NCBI GenBank assembly: GCA_015232565.1
Contig: JADFZK010000001.1
Coordinates: 13,160-77,159 of the forward strand
Reading direction: 5' to 3'
Origin: Candidatus Omnitrophota bacterium
GTDB taxonomy: Bacteria; Omnitrophota; Gorgyraeia; Zapsychrales; Fredricksoniimonadaceae
DNA length: 64,000 bases
Below are positions 1 to 9,800 of this stretch, piece by piece; position 1 is the first letter of the stretch, and each line of letters begins with the position of its first letter. Below the pieces are notes generated by a model, which saw only the letters and a list, made by a program, of their open reading frames with translations, ran no database searches and was not told the DNA's origin. The position numbers and the translations under genes were made by a program.

Positions 1-360
1 AAGGCGGATAAAGACTCTCATAATATGAATGTTTACTGCAATAGCGCGTTCACTGTTGAGCACACTGGAGAGCATGGCAACGCCTTGTTCAGTGAATGCA
101 AGCGGGCGGTGAGAAGAATGTTTTAATGATTTGAACCTATCGCAATTTGCGATGAGTTCGGCGTTCTCCCGGTGAGTTAGTCTAAACATAAAGTCGATCG
201 GGAAGCGGGCTTGGTTGCGCTTGACCTGCTCATTCAAGCGGTAAGTTGGAACGTTGTAAAGCATGGCCAGGTCGCGGTCGAGCATGACCTTCCTGCCGCG
301 GATAAGTATTATCTTTTGTTCGATTCGCTCGGTGATTAGTATTGCAGAAGTAGATCTCAT
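1..360 (-). CDS. ORF6N-domain (KilA-N-like) protein, partial. The start codon is inside the window and the 3' end runs past the window edge.
   Basis: Reverse-strand translation from the ATG (complement of 358-360) gives MRSTSAILITERIEQKIILIRGRKVMLDRDLAMLYNVPTYRLNEQVKRNQARFPIDF..., which is characteristic of the ORF6N domain. GGAG lies 6 nt upstream. It is absent from the ORF track because no stop falls inside the window. Confidence 0.65.
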   Translation of the reverse strand, partial: MRSTSAILITERIEQKIILIRGRKVMLDRDLAMLYNVPTYRLNEQVKRNQARFPIDFMFRLTHRENAELIANCDRFKSLKHSSHRPLAFTEQGVAMLSSVLNSERAIAVNIHIMRVFIRL

Positions 361-376
361 AATGACTCCGTTATTG

Positions 377-1906
377 TTAAATGCTTGTTTTATCCAAACA
401 CCGATAGCCGATCGCTTCGGCCAGATGTTCAACCCGGATGTTCTCACTGCCGGCCAGGTCGCTGATGGTGCGGGCGATCTTGAGGAGTTTGTCATGTACC
501 CGCGCCGAGAGGCCGAGTGTATCTATGGCCTCGTTAAGCAGGCGCCGGCCTTCCGGGGCGAGCGCACAGAATTTCTTAAGGTGCCCGGAGGCCATTTGCG
601 CGTTGGCAAATACTTTGCTGTGCTTAAAGCGTTCCGACTGCCGGGCCCGGGCTTTGGCTGTGCGCTCACGTACCACGGCCGAGCTCTCGCCGTCGGGGGC
701 GCTGCTCAGTTCGCGCGCGGTCAGGGCCGGCACCTGCAAATGCAGGTCGATCCGCTCGAGTAAGGGCCCGGAGATCCGGCCCATGTAGCGGGCAATATCG
801 GCCGGGGCACAGCGGCATTTGCGGCCGGAATTCATTAAATGCCCGCACGGGCAGGGGTTCATGGCCGCCACCAACATAAAGCGCGACGGGAAACGCAAGG
901 TGCGTGCGGCGCGGGCCACTGTAACAAAATGGTCTTCCATCGGCTGGCGCAGGCTTTCCAGGGTGCGGCGCGAGAACTCCGGCAGTTCATCGAGGAACAA
1001 AATGCCGTTATGGGCCAGGGTCACTTCGCCGGGTTTCGGATCGGTGCCGCCGCCTACCAGGGCAATGTGCGAAGCGGTATGATGCGGTGAGCGCAGCGGC
1101 CTTTCGCGGGCCAGGGTGTCAAGGGCGCGGCCGCAGGTGCGGGAAACGGAATATATCCGGGTGACCTCCAGTGCTTCTTCCATGGCCATGGGCGGGAGGA
1201 TGGTCGGCATGCGCCGGGCGAGCATGGTCTTACCTCCACCGGGCGGGCCGATCAAAAGAATGTTATGGCCGCCGGCCGCGGCTACTTCCAGTCCGCGTTT
1301 GGCGTGGGTCTGCCCTTTTACTTCTGCCAGGTCAAGCTGCTCTTCCAGTGATTCAGTCGCTTCTTCCGGTGCCGGCTGAAAAGCGCGGGTGTCGTTGGGC
1401 TCGGTCAGAAAATTCACGGCCTCGGTCAGACTGCCGAAAGGGAATATCGGCACGGTACCGGCCAAAGCGCTTTCTTTGGAGTTCCCCTGGGGCACGATCA
1501 GCCCGCGCAAAGCGCGGTTGGCGCAAGCCAGGGCCGCTGGCAGGGCGCCGGCGGCCGGCAGGATCTTGCCGCTTAAAGAAAGTTCGCCCAGGAAAGCAAA
1601 ACGCGCCAGTTCGGGGAAAACGATCTTCTCGGCGGCGGCCAGGATTCCGAAGGCGATCGGCAGGTCGAAAGCCGGGCCTTCTTTTTTGGTGTCGGCCGGG
1701 GAAAGGTTGACGGTTATCCGGCCGCAGGGAAAATCGAACCCCGCGTTCTTGATGGCCGAGCGCACCCGTTCCTTGCTTTCCCTTATTGCGCTGTCGGGCA
1801 GGCCGACGATCTGCATGGACGGCAGTCCGCGCGCCACGTCTACCTCGATCGTCACCGGATAAGCTTCTATTCCGTTTATTCCAAAACCATGGATCCTGGC
1901 AAGCAT
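377..1906 (-). CDS. yifB: YifB/ComM family Mg-chelatase-like AAA+ ATPase
   Basis: N-terminal Lon-like domain (MLARIHGFGINGIEAYPVTIEVDV...GLPDSAIRESKERV), Walker A (LLIGPPGGGKTMLARR), a CPCG zinc motif and a C-terminal ChlI-like region. The start is taken at the internal Met (MLARIHG), which has a GGGGG ribosome-binding site; the longer ORF-track start is unlikely. Confidence 0.85.
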   Translation of the reverse strand: MLARIHGFGINGIEAYPVTIEVDVARGLPSMQIVGLPDSAIRESKERVRSAIKNAGFDFPCGRITVNLSPADTKKEGPAFDLPIAFGILAAAEKIVFPELARFAFLGELSLSGKILPAAGALPAALACANRALRGLIVPQGNSKESALAGTVPIFPFGSLTEAVNFLTEPNDTRAFQPAPEEATESLEEQLDLAEVKGQTHAKRGLEVAAAGGHNILLIGPPGGGKTMLARRMPTILPPMAMEEALEVTRIYSVSRTCGRALDTLARERPLRSPHHTASHIALVGGGTDPKPGEVTLAHNGILFLDELPEFSRRTLESLRQPMEDHFVTVARAARTLRFPSRFMLVAAMNPCPCGHLMNSGRKCRCAPADIARYMGRISGPLLERIDLHLQVPALTARELSSAPDGESSAVVRERTAKARARQSERFKHSKVFANAQMASGHLKKFCALAPEGRRLLNEAIDTLGLSARVHDKLLKIARTISDLAGSENIRVEHLAEAIGYRCLDKTSI

Positions 1907-2105
1907 ACAACCCCCTTTAGTTGAAAGGAGAAAACTGCGGCCGCCCGGCAAAATGACCGGTGGCCAAAGGTTTTCCTTCGGAAATAAAGGGGGCGTGTTT
2001 TATAAGGACGTGCACTTCTTGCGGCTATTTGGCTCGGAACCACGCTAAAATTAACACGCCGGGCCGAATAATACAATATTTAATTAGCAGTGCATAAGGC
2101 AATTT

Positions 2106-2120
2106 CTGTCATTGTGACAG
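2106..2120. promoter_or_regulatory. Perfect 6-3-6 palindrome CTGTCAttgTGACAG in the divergent intergenic region. Candidate operator.
   Basis: Read directly from the sequence. It lies between the divergently transcribed yifB and DUF4160 genes. Confidence 0.3.
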
Positions 2121-2190
2121 GTGATGCCTGGCGGCTTGCATTGTTCGTGGCGCATTAAGATCGGGTAATGTCTTTGTAGTTAGCCCTGCC

Positions 2191-2218
2191 TTGACACTCG
2201 CCGTCCGGGTGTTATACT
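2191..2218 (+). promoter_or_regulatory. Sigma70-like promoter for the DUF4160/DUF2442 pair (TTGACA-N16-TATACT)
   Basis: TTGACA at 2191-2196 and TATACT at 2213-2218. The ATG at 2229 follows about 10 nt later with no Shine-Dalgarno sequence, suggesting a leaderless or near-leaderless transcript. Confidence 0.45.
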
Positions 2219-2228
2219 TTTTGCAGAT

Positions 2229-2465
2229 ATGCCGACCATTTTGATCGTAGGAGCTTACAGATTCTTCTTTTATTCCAGTGATGCGGGCGAACCGCTGCAC
2301 ATTCATGTTCAGTCAGGGAGTGCGTCTGCCAAATTCTGGGTTGAGCCAGCTCGTTTGCAGTCGTCCAAGGGGTTTACTGAAAGGCAGTTGCGTGACATTC
2401 TGAAGATCATTGAGAAACATACAGCTCTCTTTGAAAGGAAATGGCATGAATACTTTAATTCTTGA
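2229..2465 (+). CDS. DUF4160 domain protein
   Basis: 78 aa. The pattern MPTI...YRFFFYSSDAGEPLHIHV...AKFWVEP is typical of DUF4160. It is paired with a downstream DUF2442 gene. Confidence 0.8.
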   Translation: MPTILIVGAYRFFFYSSDAGEPLHIHVQSGSASAKFWVEPARLQSSKGFTERQLRDILKIIEKHTALFERKWHEYFNS

Positions 2466-2742
2466 GCATGAACATTTGGCCACGGGTCTTTCTTTTTCGG
2501 AAGATTCGTTCGCGGTTAATCTTAATGACGGGCGTTGCATTACTGTGCCCTTGATCTGGTATCCCAGGTTACTGGCGGGCGCAAAGCAGGAGCGCGAACA
2601 ATACGAGTTTATTGGCGGAGGCGAAGGGATCCACTGGCCCAAGCTTGATGAGGATATTCTTGTAGACAGTCTACTGTCAGGACTTCCTTCGCAAGAAAGT
2701 CAGAGCTCACTCAAGAAATGGCTTCAAAAACGCCGTAAATGA
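2446..2742 (+). CDS. DUF2442 domain protein
   Basis: Begins MNTLILEHEHLATGLSF..., and the start overlaps the stop of the DUF4160 gene. This is the usual small partner of DUF4160. Confidence 0.75.
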   Translation: MNTLILEHEHLATGLSFSEDSFAVNLNDGRCITVPLIWYPRLLAGAKQEREQYEFIGGGEGIHWPKLDEDILVDSLLSGLPSQESQSSLKKWLQKRRK

Positions 2743-2783
2743 AGCCCTGCCTGCGCCCTCGATAGGGGTAACCAGCTCTATTA

Positions 2784-2815
2784 CTCTTCAAGTGTCAAGA
2801 AGCGTTAGAGACACT
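2784..2815. repeat. 32-nt element ctcttcaaGtgtCaagaagcgttagagacact (copy 1 of 2)
   Basis: Matches 6655-6686 at 30 of 32 positions. Both copies are intergenic and lie on the + strand downstream of a gene. Confidence 0.5.
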
Positions 2816-2954
2816 CCGCCAGGCAATTCTCCTTGTTGTTTCTGAATCGCGTTTGCATTGACTGTTTTGCATCAAGGCGCCAAAAGTACAACCTGAATGC
2901 GAAACACGAACAGCTTGCTTTTTCTTCTTCCCTCAATATAATAGACTCACTTTT

Positions 2955-3416
2955 ATGCGCAACCTGGACTTTTTCGCAATAATATCGCAATTTTCCCACA
3001 ATCGTATCCTGTGGGTCACTGTCCTGGTGTGGATCACCGGCCAGGGCATCAAGATCGTCACCAATCTGTTGAGCGGGCGGCGGTTCAACTTTCGCTGGCT
3101 TATCCGCACCGGCGGCATGCCGTCCAGCCACGCGGCGGGAGTAACGGCTTTGTCGGTGTGTTGCGGCATGGAATACGGCTTTCATTCCGGGATGTTCGCT
3201 TTGGCCGCTATTTTCGCCATGGTCACCATGTTCGACGCCCAGGGCGTGCGCCGTTCGGCCGGTGAGCAGGCCGAGGTGCTCAACAAGGTTATCGATGATA
3301 TGTACTGGCACAAGAAGGTGGATGTGGGCCGTATTCGCGAGTTTGTGGGCCATTCGCCAATACAGGTTCTGGCCGGCCTGATCCTGGGTTTGGGGATGGC
3401 GGTACTTTTGTTTTAA
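2955..3416 (+). CDS. Divergent PAP2 family membrane protein (YuiD/DUF212-like acid phosphatase/haloperoxidase-related)
   Basis: 153 aa with the motifs GGMPSSHAA and FDAQGVRR. A TATAAT hexamer sits at 2937-2942, just upstream. Confidence 0.8.
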   Translation: MRNLDFFAIISQFSHNRILWVTVLVWITGQGIKIVTNLLSGRRFNFRWLIRTGGMPSSHAAGVTALSVCCGMEYGFHSGMFALAAIFAMVTMFDAQGVRRSAGEQAEVLNKVIDDMYWHKKVDVGRIREFVGHSPIQVLAGLILGLGMAVLLF

Positions 3417-3428
3417 TCGGGGGGCGTT

Positions 3429-4223
3429 ATGAACAAAATAATGATGAGTTGGTTCTTGATCCTGGGCGTGGTGTTGGCCGGTTGCAGTAAGGCGGATGGC
3501 ACTGCGGCCAAAGCGCCGGTGGTTCCCGCTGAAGAAGCGTACAAACAGGCCCAGTCCTTACTGGCCGAGGGCAAGGTTCTGGACGCCAAGGCGGCTTTTG
3601 AACAATTGACCGCCGAACATCCGGACTACAAGAATATCGAGCAGGCGCAAAAAGACCTTTACGACCTGAACATGAAGATCATATTCTCGGATATCGTTAC
3701 CCCCAATGCGGTCATCCATGAGGTCGTGGCCGGCGACACCCTGGGCAAGATCTGCAAGAAGTACAACGTGAATATGGACCTGGTAAAGATCTCCAATGGC
3801 ATGAAGAACGAGGTGGTGCGCCTGGGCCAGAAACTGCGGATCTGGACCGGCAAGTTCAATGTTTACGTTGATAAGTCCCAGAACATCCTGATGCTCAAGA
3901 GCGGCGAAGAGGTCGTGAAAGTTTACAATGTGTCTACCGGAGCCAACAATTCAACTCCGGTGGGCGTTTTCAAGATCACTACCCGCCTGGAGAATCCGGT
4001 GTGGTTCAAGGCCGGCGCGGTCATACCTCCGGAAAGCCCGGAGAACGTGCTGGGCACCCGCTGGATGGGTTTCGACAAGGAAGGTTATGGCATACATGGC
4101 ACGGTTGCGCCCGACAAGATCGGCCAGCAGGTAACGGCCGGCTGTATCCGGATGCGTAATGAGGAAGTGGAAGAGCTTTACAAGTTGTTGCCGCGCGGCA
4201 CCGAAGTGACTATTGTTGATTAA
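3429..4223 (+). CDS. Lipoprotein with a LysM domain and an L,D-transpeptidase (YkuD) catalytic domain
   Basis: Lipobox LAGCS; LysM region VVAGDTLGKICKKYNVNMDLVKISNG; YkuD catalytic Cys in the context GIHGT...TAGCIRMRNEEV. Confidence 0.85.
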   Translation: MNKIMMSWFLILGVVLAGCSKADGTAAKAPVVPAEEAYKQAQSLLAEGKVLDAKAAFEQLTAEHPDYKNIEQAQKDLYDLNMKIIFSDIVTPNAVIHEVVAGDTLGKICKKYNVNMDLVKISNGMKNEVVRLGQKLRIWTGKFNVYVDKSQNILMLKSGEEVVKVYNVSTGANNSTPVGVFKITTRLENPVWFKAGAVIPPESPENVLGTRWMGFDKEGYGIHGTVAPDKIGQQVTAGCIRMRNEEVEELYKLLPRGTEVTIVD

Positions 4224-4243
4224 AGATACCCCAGAGGTTTAAA

Positions 4244-5200
4244 ATGAGTTCCATGCAATTTGAGAAGCCTATTGAAGATATTCAGAACAAGATCGCGGAA
4301 CTGCGCAAGCTTTCCAACGGGCATCCGGACTTCACCGCCGAGATCCAGAAACTGGAGCAAAAAATGGGTTCAGTGCGCGAGAAAGTTTACAGCACTCTTA
4401 CCGCCTGGCAGAGGATCCAGATCGCCCGGCATCCCAAACGTCCGTACACCCTGGATTATATCGACCTGATGATGACCGATTTCGTGGAGATCCATGGCGA
4501 CCGGCTTTTTGCCGATGATTTCGCCATGATCACCGGCTTTGCCAGGATCGACGACGATATGGTGGTGGTCATTGGCCAGCAGAAGGGGCGTGATACTTCC
4601 GAGAATGTGAAGCGTAATTTCGGGTGTGCGCATCCCGAAGGGTATCGTAAGGCTATGCGCGCCATGCGTCTGGCCGAGAAATTCGGTCTGCCGGTGGTGG
4701 TTTTTATTGACACGCCCGGGGCTTATCCCGGGATCGGCGCCGAGGAGCGCGGCCAGGCCCAGGCGATCGCCGAGAACCTGCGCGATATGGCGGGGCTCAA
4801 GACGCCGATCATCGCCACGGTAATTGGCGAGGGCGGCAGTGGCGGCGCTTTGGGCGTGGGCGTGGCGGATTACGTGATGATCCTGCAGAACTCATATTAT
4901 TCGGTCATTTCTCCCGAAGGTTGCGCTTCCATCCTGTGGCGCAGCGCCACCAAAGCCCCGGAGGCTTCCGAAGCGCTTAAGCTTACCGGCGAGCATTTGA
5001 TAAAATTTGGCATTGTTGACGAGATCATCCCCGAGCCGCTGGGCGGCGCGCATAACGACCCCCAGCAGGTGGTTACCCTGCTCAAGGCCGCTATCCGCAA
5101 GCAGTTAAAGCGCCTGGCCGGCCTTAAGGAAAAAGAACTGCTCGACGCGCGCTACGAAAAGTTCCGCGCTATCGGCAAGTTCACCACCGTTAAGTCCTGA
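4244..5200 (+). CDS. accA: Acetyl-CoA carboxylase carboxyltransferase subunit alpha
   Basis: 318 aa, AccA pattern throughout: IARHPKRPYTLDYI, FIDTPGAYPG and GEGGSGGAL. Confidence 0.95.
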   Translation: MSSMQFEKPIEDIQNKIAELRKLSNGHPDFTAEIQKLEQKMGSVREKVYSTLTAWQRIQIARHPKRPYTLDYIDLMMTDFVEIHGDRLFADDFAMITGFARIDDDMVVVIGQQKGRDTSENVKRNFGCAHPEGYRKAMRAMRLAEKFGLPVVVFIDTPGAYPGIGAEERGQAQAIAENLRDMAGLKTPIIATVIGEGGSGGALGVGVADYVMILQNSYYSVISPEGCASILWRSATKAPEASEALKLTGEHLIKFGIVDEIIPEPLGGAHNDPQQVVTLLKAAIRKQLKRLAGLKEKELLDARYEKFRAIGKFTTVKS

Positions 5201-5222
5201 GAGCCTTGTTCTAATTCAATTT

Positions 5223-6308
5223 ATGGTTAACCGGGAGCCGGAAAAGAGCGAGATCAGGGATTTGTCTTTCGAGGAACTCGCCAGCTACCTTGAAAGCATC
5301 AAGGAACCACCTTTCCGGGCCGGGCAGGTTTTTAAATGGCTTTATGAGCAGGGCGTGTGGTCTTTCGCGGACATGAAAAACCTCTCCCAGGGGTTGCGGT
5401 CCCGGCTGGATCAGGACTTCATTCTTAAGCCCAACACTGTTGCGAGCCAGGTCACTTCCCGGGACGGCACCACCAAATTTCTTTTTGATCTCGCTGACCA
5501 CCAGAAAATTGAAACGGTCCTTATTCCCACCGCAGAACGGGTAACGGCTTGTATCTCAACCCAGGCGGGCTGTAAATTCGGCTGTAAGTTTTGTGCCAGC
5601 GGCCTGGGCGGCTGGGAGAGGAATTTAACCAGCGCCGAGATCCTGGACCAGGTTTTACATGTCCGGGGAGTGGTGCGGGGCTTACCACCAGAGGCAAATA
5701 AACGGGAACGGCGGTTGTCGCACATTGTTTTCATGGGGACGGGCGAGCCGCTCGATAACCTGGCCAATGTCCTGAAAGCTATCCGCATTATCAATTCCCC
5801 GCAGGGCCTGAACATCGCCGCCCGGCACATTACTATTTCGACTGTCGGGCTTATACCTAAATTCAAGGAGCTGGCTGAGCAGGGCATTCAGTTCGAGCTG
5901 GCTGTTTCCCTGCACGGTTACGACGACGCTTCCCGCAATGTGCTTATGCCCATCAATAAACAGTATCCGATCAAAGAGCTTATTGCCGCGTGCCGTGAAT
6001 ACATTAAAAGAACCAATCGTCAGGTGACTTTTGAGTACATTCTTATTGCAGGCTTAACCTGCACGGATAAGGCCGCCAGAGAGCTGGGCCGGCTTTTACG
6101 CGGCATGATATGCAAGCTTAATCTCATTCCCTGCAATCCTGTTTCCGAATTCGGCCATCAACCTCCCACCAAAGAACAGATCCGGGCTTTCACGAACGGC
6201 CTGGATGCCGTGGGCGTGCATTACACCCTGCGCCGTCCCCGCGGCCAGGACGTCGCCGCCGCCTGCGGGCAGTTGCGTGCTCTGGCCCGGAAAAGCGTTA
6301 ACACCTAG
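5223..6308 (+). CDS. rlmN: 23S rRNA (adenine2503-C2)/tRNA methyltransferase, radical SAM enzyme RlmN
   Basis: CISTQAGCKFGCKFCASG radical SAM motif, a C-terminal CGQL segment, and a length of 361 aa. Confidence 0.9.
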   Translation: MVNREPEKSEIRDLSFEELASYLESIKEPPFRAGQVFKWLYEQGVWSFADMKNLSQGLRSRLDQDFILKPNTVASQVTSRDGTTKFLFDLADHQKIETVLIPTAERVTACISTQAGCKFGCKFCASGLGGWERNLTSAEILDQVLHVRGVVRGLPPEANKRERRLSHIVFMGTGEPLDNLANVLKAIRIINSPQGLNIAARHITISTVGLIPKFKELAEQGIQFELAVSLHGYDDASRNVLMPINKQYPIKELIAACREYIKRTNRQVTFEYILIAGLTCTDKAARELGRLLRGMICKLNLIPCNPVSEFGHQPPTKEQIRAFTNGLDAVGVHYTLRRPRGQDVAAACGQLRALARKSVNT

Positions 6309-6560
6309 TGCGGTGCGGCAAAGGTGAAGCCACTTCGGTCGCGGATGATCCTTTCCGCCGCGTTCATAGAATTTAGAACGTCGCTCCGGATAAACCAACC
6401 GTCATTTTAACATTCAGCGGGGATTGAGTCGGAAGGCAATAGTTGTAGAAGATCCTACGCGTTAGCCATATCCTCCGCGACGTTCTAAATTCATGAACGC
6501 TAATGTAAACACAGTGGCGGGGATCATATGCGAACGAAGCGGCTTCACCTTTGCCTAGTG
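6306..6560. repeat. Long imperfect palindrome, about 255 bp, starting at the rlmN stop codon. Either a structured non-coding RNA or a MITE-like element.
   Basis: The outer arm 6306-6350 pairs with 6517-6560 at about 34 of 38 positions (core ggcaaaggtgaagcc). The inner arm 6361-6384 pairs with 6477-6499 (cgttcatagaatttagaacgtcgc against gcgacgttctaaattcatgaacg, one indel). No ORF is present. Confidence 0.6.
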
Positions 6561-6576
6561 TGGTGATTTATATATA

Positions 6577-6671
6577 TCTTTACATTTGAATCACCACACT
6601 GGAGCAATGGAGCAATCGAAAATAGAGAAATAATAAAACATTTAGGCTCCATTGCTCTTCAAATGTAAAGA
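6577..6671. ncRNA. Second extended hairpin, immediately upstream of the shared 32-mer and overlapping its 5' half
   Basis: A perfect 14-bp stem (tctttacatttgaa, 6577-6590, against ttcaaatgtaaaga, 6658-6671) plus an inner 12-bp stem (6602-6613 against 6646-6657) around an A-rich loop. 6557-6566 (agtgtggtga) can alternatively pair with 6591-6600. Confidence 0.45.
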
Positions 6672-6686
6672 AGCGTTAGAGACACT
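6655..6686. repeat. 32-nt element ctcttcaaAtgtAaagaagcgttagagacact (copy 2 of 2)
   Basis: Matches 2784-2815 at 30 of 32 positions. Its 5' half forms the 3' arm of the 6577-6671 hairpin. Confidence 0.5.
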
Positions 6687-6848
6687 ACACTAGTACCATC
6701 GATATCAATGCTATAATTGTGCAGCGATCAATCTTTTCAGTGGCGAAACTGGCAATAATGAATATAATGTGCTATATTTTCGTCATGTTCACATTCTTGG
6801 ACATTGGTGTCTGTTTAAATACGTAATAATCTAATAAGGAGTTGGGCG

Positions 6849-9800
6849 ATGAATGTTAATCATTATAAGGGAACTGTTGTTTACCGTTCTATCTGCAGTT
6901 TGCTGATTCTTAGTTTTATTTTCTCCGCGGTTGTCCCGCCGCGGAGTGGGTGGGCCCAGACGGTTCTTAATTTGCCGGCGCCGGGCACCATGGTTATGGC
7001 CAGCCCGGCTTTTATGCCAGTGCTGATCAAGGGGCTCAAGGTTCATCCGGAAAATCCTTTACTGTTCGATTTTATTCTGGATACCGGTTCGACTAAGCTG
7101 GCAACCAATGAAAAGCCCGGCCTGGATGTGAATGGCCCTGAATTCAAGGCCGAGACCCAAAAGCTCATTAAATATTTTCTGGCTTCGCTCACTATTAAGG
7201 AAGACGACCTGTGGGTTAATCTTTCGCCTTTTGAGCGTGACCGCATGATCGCCGCAGACCTGGGCCAGACCGAACTGGGCCGCGATATGCTGGCGCAGGA
7301 TTATATGCTCAAGCAATTAACCGCGTCCATGATCTATCCCGAGAAAGAGCTGGGCCAGGCTTTCTGGGCCAAAGTTTATGCCCAGGCCCAGGAACAGTTT
7401 GGCACCACCGACGTGCCAGTGGACACTTTTAACAAAGTCTGGATCGTAGCCGATAAAGCCCAGGTAATGGAGCACAATAACGCAGCCTATGTAGTGGGTT
7501 CCCATTTAAAAGTAATGCTGGAAACAGATTATTTAGCGACGTCGACCAGTGCAATGCCAACCCGGGGACATGATGCCCCGCCAGCGGATACCAATGAGCG
7601 GGGCTTCGTGTCCCCCCGCCGGTTGCCAACCTCTCAACCAACGAATGTGAAAGCAACCCAGGTCTCAACCCCAACGCCAAACCCCACAAAAGTTCCAAAC
7701 GACATAAACGACACAAACAATACAAATGCGACAACCCCCGAAAACAACATCGCCAAAAACATCTTACGCGAGATCGTGCTCCCGATGATCGAGAAAGAAG
7801 TGAATGAAGGCCAGAATTTTGCCCCGTTGCGCCAGATGTTCTTCTCGATGATCATGGCTTCGTGGTACAAGCAGGCTTTAAAAGGCGCGCTTTTGAACCA
7901 GGTGTATACCAACAAAGCCAAAACTGGCGGGGTGCAGGTTGACGATCAGTCGGCCAAAGAAAAGATCTACGAACAATATCTTCAGGCGTATAAGAAAGGT
8001 GTATTTAACTACATTAAAGAAGATGCCGGGCTGGCGCTTAACCCCGGCGCGGATCCCGAGGCCCAACAGTCAATTCCCCGAAAGTATTTCTCCGGCGGGC
8101 TAATAGTAATGAAGAATTTTGCGGGCAAAGGTCCCACCATTGTGCCGTTTGACGGCGCCGCCGTCGTTAGGGACTTTAGTGCGGCTGTCAATGTGCGGGC
8201 CAGGATGGATCAGTCTCAGAGCATAGACCGTGAAACTTTGGAAAGTGTTCAGATCAGCTTAAATGAATTGATGGGAAAACCTGTTACTCGTGACGTATTG
8301 CAAAATGAACTTACGTCAAAAGCCCGTCTTTCTGGAGTGTCTGTGGATGATGGCATTATAAAAGGCGTAAAAGCAGGCACAATAGTAGTTCGCGAGTCGG
8401 GCATTGAGTATGGTTTTACGCAGGATGAATTGAACAAGCTTGCCGGAAACCCGAACCAGATGACTTTCACGGTTATGTTGTTGTCAAAAGGGAAGCTGGC
8501 GTCATTTTTGGTTGTTATACCCAGAGGCACGGCGGTGGATATTGCCACAATAGCTTTGGATGAAGCCTTCAAGAAGTATGATAATGCAAGAATGTCGCTG
8601 GAGCAAATACAGAGCGGTGGCCGTGGATATACTGAGGAGCAGCAAAAGCCGGGCAGGAAAAAAGATCAGGATCTTCAAGATGAGAGGGATAAGATGGCTG
8701 AGGGTTTAGCAGAAATGATTCCTAGAGTTAAAGTTGTTTTATCTTTGGGAGGCTCAGTTGCTTGGAACATTAGGGATATCGTCGGCGAAAAGGTAAAGCC
8801 TTATCTGTCATGCTTTGTAACGTTCACCCGGAAAGATGGGCGGGTTTATGACATTACGGTTAATGGGGAAAAAGTAGTTGTTCCAATTTCGAGGCACTTG
8901 CATCCATATTGGGGAAATTTAGTTGCCATGCATCCTGATTTACGCCCGCTGGAGCATGTAAAATTGAGCGTGGCGCTGGCTGGTTATGCTGTTACTGAGC
9001 ACGATATTAATGACATCACGACCGACGAGTCGCAGAAATCCTTAATAGATGCAGGTTACAATAAGCTGACGGAAGGCCAGTCGTTGAGGTTCGCTTTAAA
9101 ACCGGGGACAATGGGTATAATGCTGGATATTGAACGAAGTGGGAAGACCAGGCGGGAAAGAGTTTATTTGTCGGTTAATAACCATTACCAGTTAATTGTA
9201 GCGTCCGAGTTGATCGGAGGAGTGCGTCAGGTTACTTTGGATGCATATGGGTTTGTCGATTTGGATGCGCTTCTGGAATCGGATGTGAGTGTGGAAATCC
9301 AATGGAATAATGGCGAAATTGTTGTGCATAGTTCCCGGAGATCGGCAGATCCGCTCTTGGTTAAAAGAAGCGTGTTTTTCCCGGATAATAATTCTGGAGA
9401 ACAGGAAGTTATTGTTTCAAGCAGTAGTGGTAAATCTGAGCGGACAATTATTAACGATGATTTCCGGGAAGGCAAGGGTAATGAATACCAGGTGAACGGT
9501 GCAAAAGTGCTTCTCGTGTCTAGTGGTTCAAATCCGGATAAACGACATGTTGTAGTAAGCGCGTTCGCAGACGTTAAGCCGGGTTCAGGTCAGGAATTTA
9601 CTGTTCAACTTGTTGATCCTTCCATGCAAACCTGGGAGTCGCTGGCTCTCGAGATCCGCGCGCAATTTCTTGCCGCCCTCAAGAGCGATCTGGAGCGCGC
9701 GCTACCAGGTGATATTACGAACATTGGGTTGAGAGGACGTTATGATTACGAAGGCTATGGTATAGCGTTTCCAGCTATTGCTAAGCTTATCCAAGAAGGA

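Noticed and set aside
377-1906. comM/yifB as an integration hotspot for a genomic island (as in Acinetobacter)
   Set aside because: The gene is intact and uninterrupted here. No island boundary, integrase or direct repeats are visible within it.
263-1910. Several ORFs of 60-185 aa (263-763+, 438-788+, 1171-1710+, 1353-1910- and others) overlapping the YifB/ComM gene
   Set aside because: They overlap a confidently conserved full-length AAA+ ATPase gene. Their Arg/Ala/Pro-rich translations are typical of off-frame reading of GC-rich coding DNA.
2805-3353. 182-aa ORF on the minus strand
   Set aside because: It is antisense to the divergent PAP2 gene (2955-3416) and spans the intergenic repeat. 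It has no recognisable features. The PAP2 frame carries clear conserved motifs.
6306-6690. Possibility that the structured region is a tRNA, tmRNA or rRNA fragment
   Set aside because: No cloverleaf-compatible arms or conserved T-loop or anticodon-loop motifs are present. The symmetry is that of a long hairpin or palindrome.
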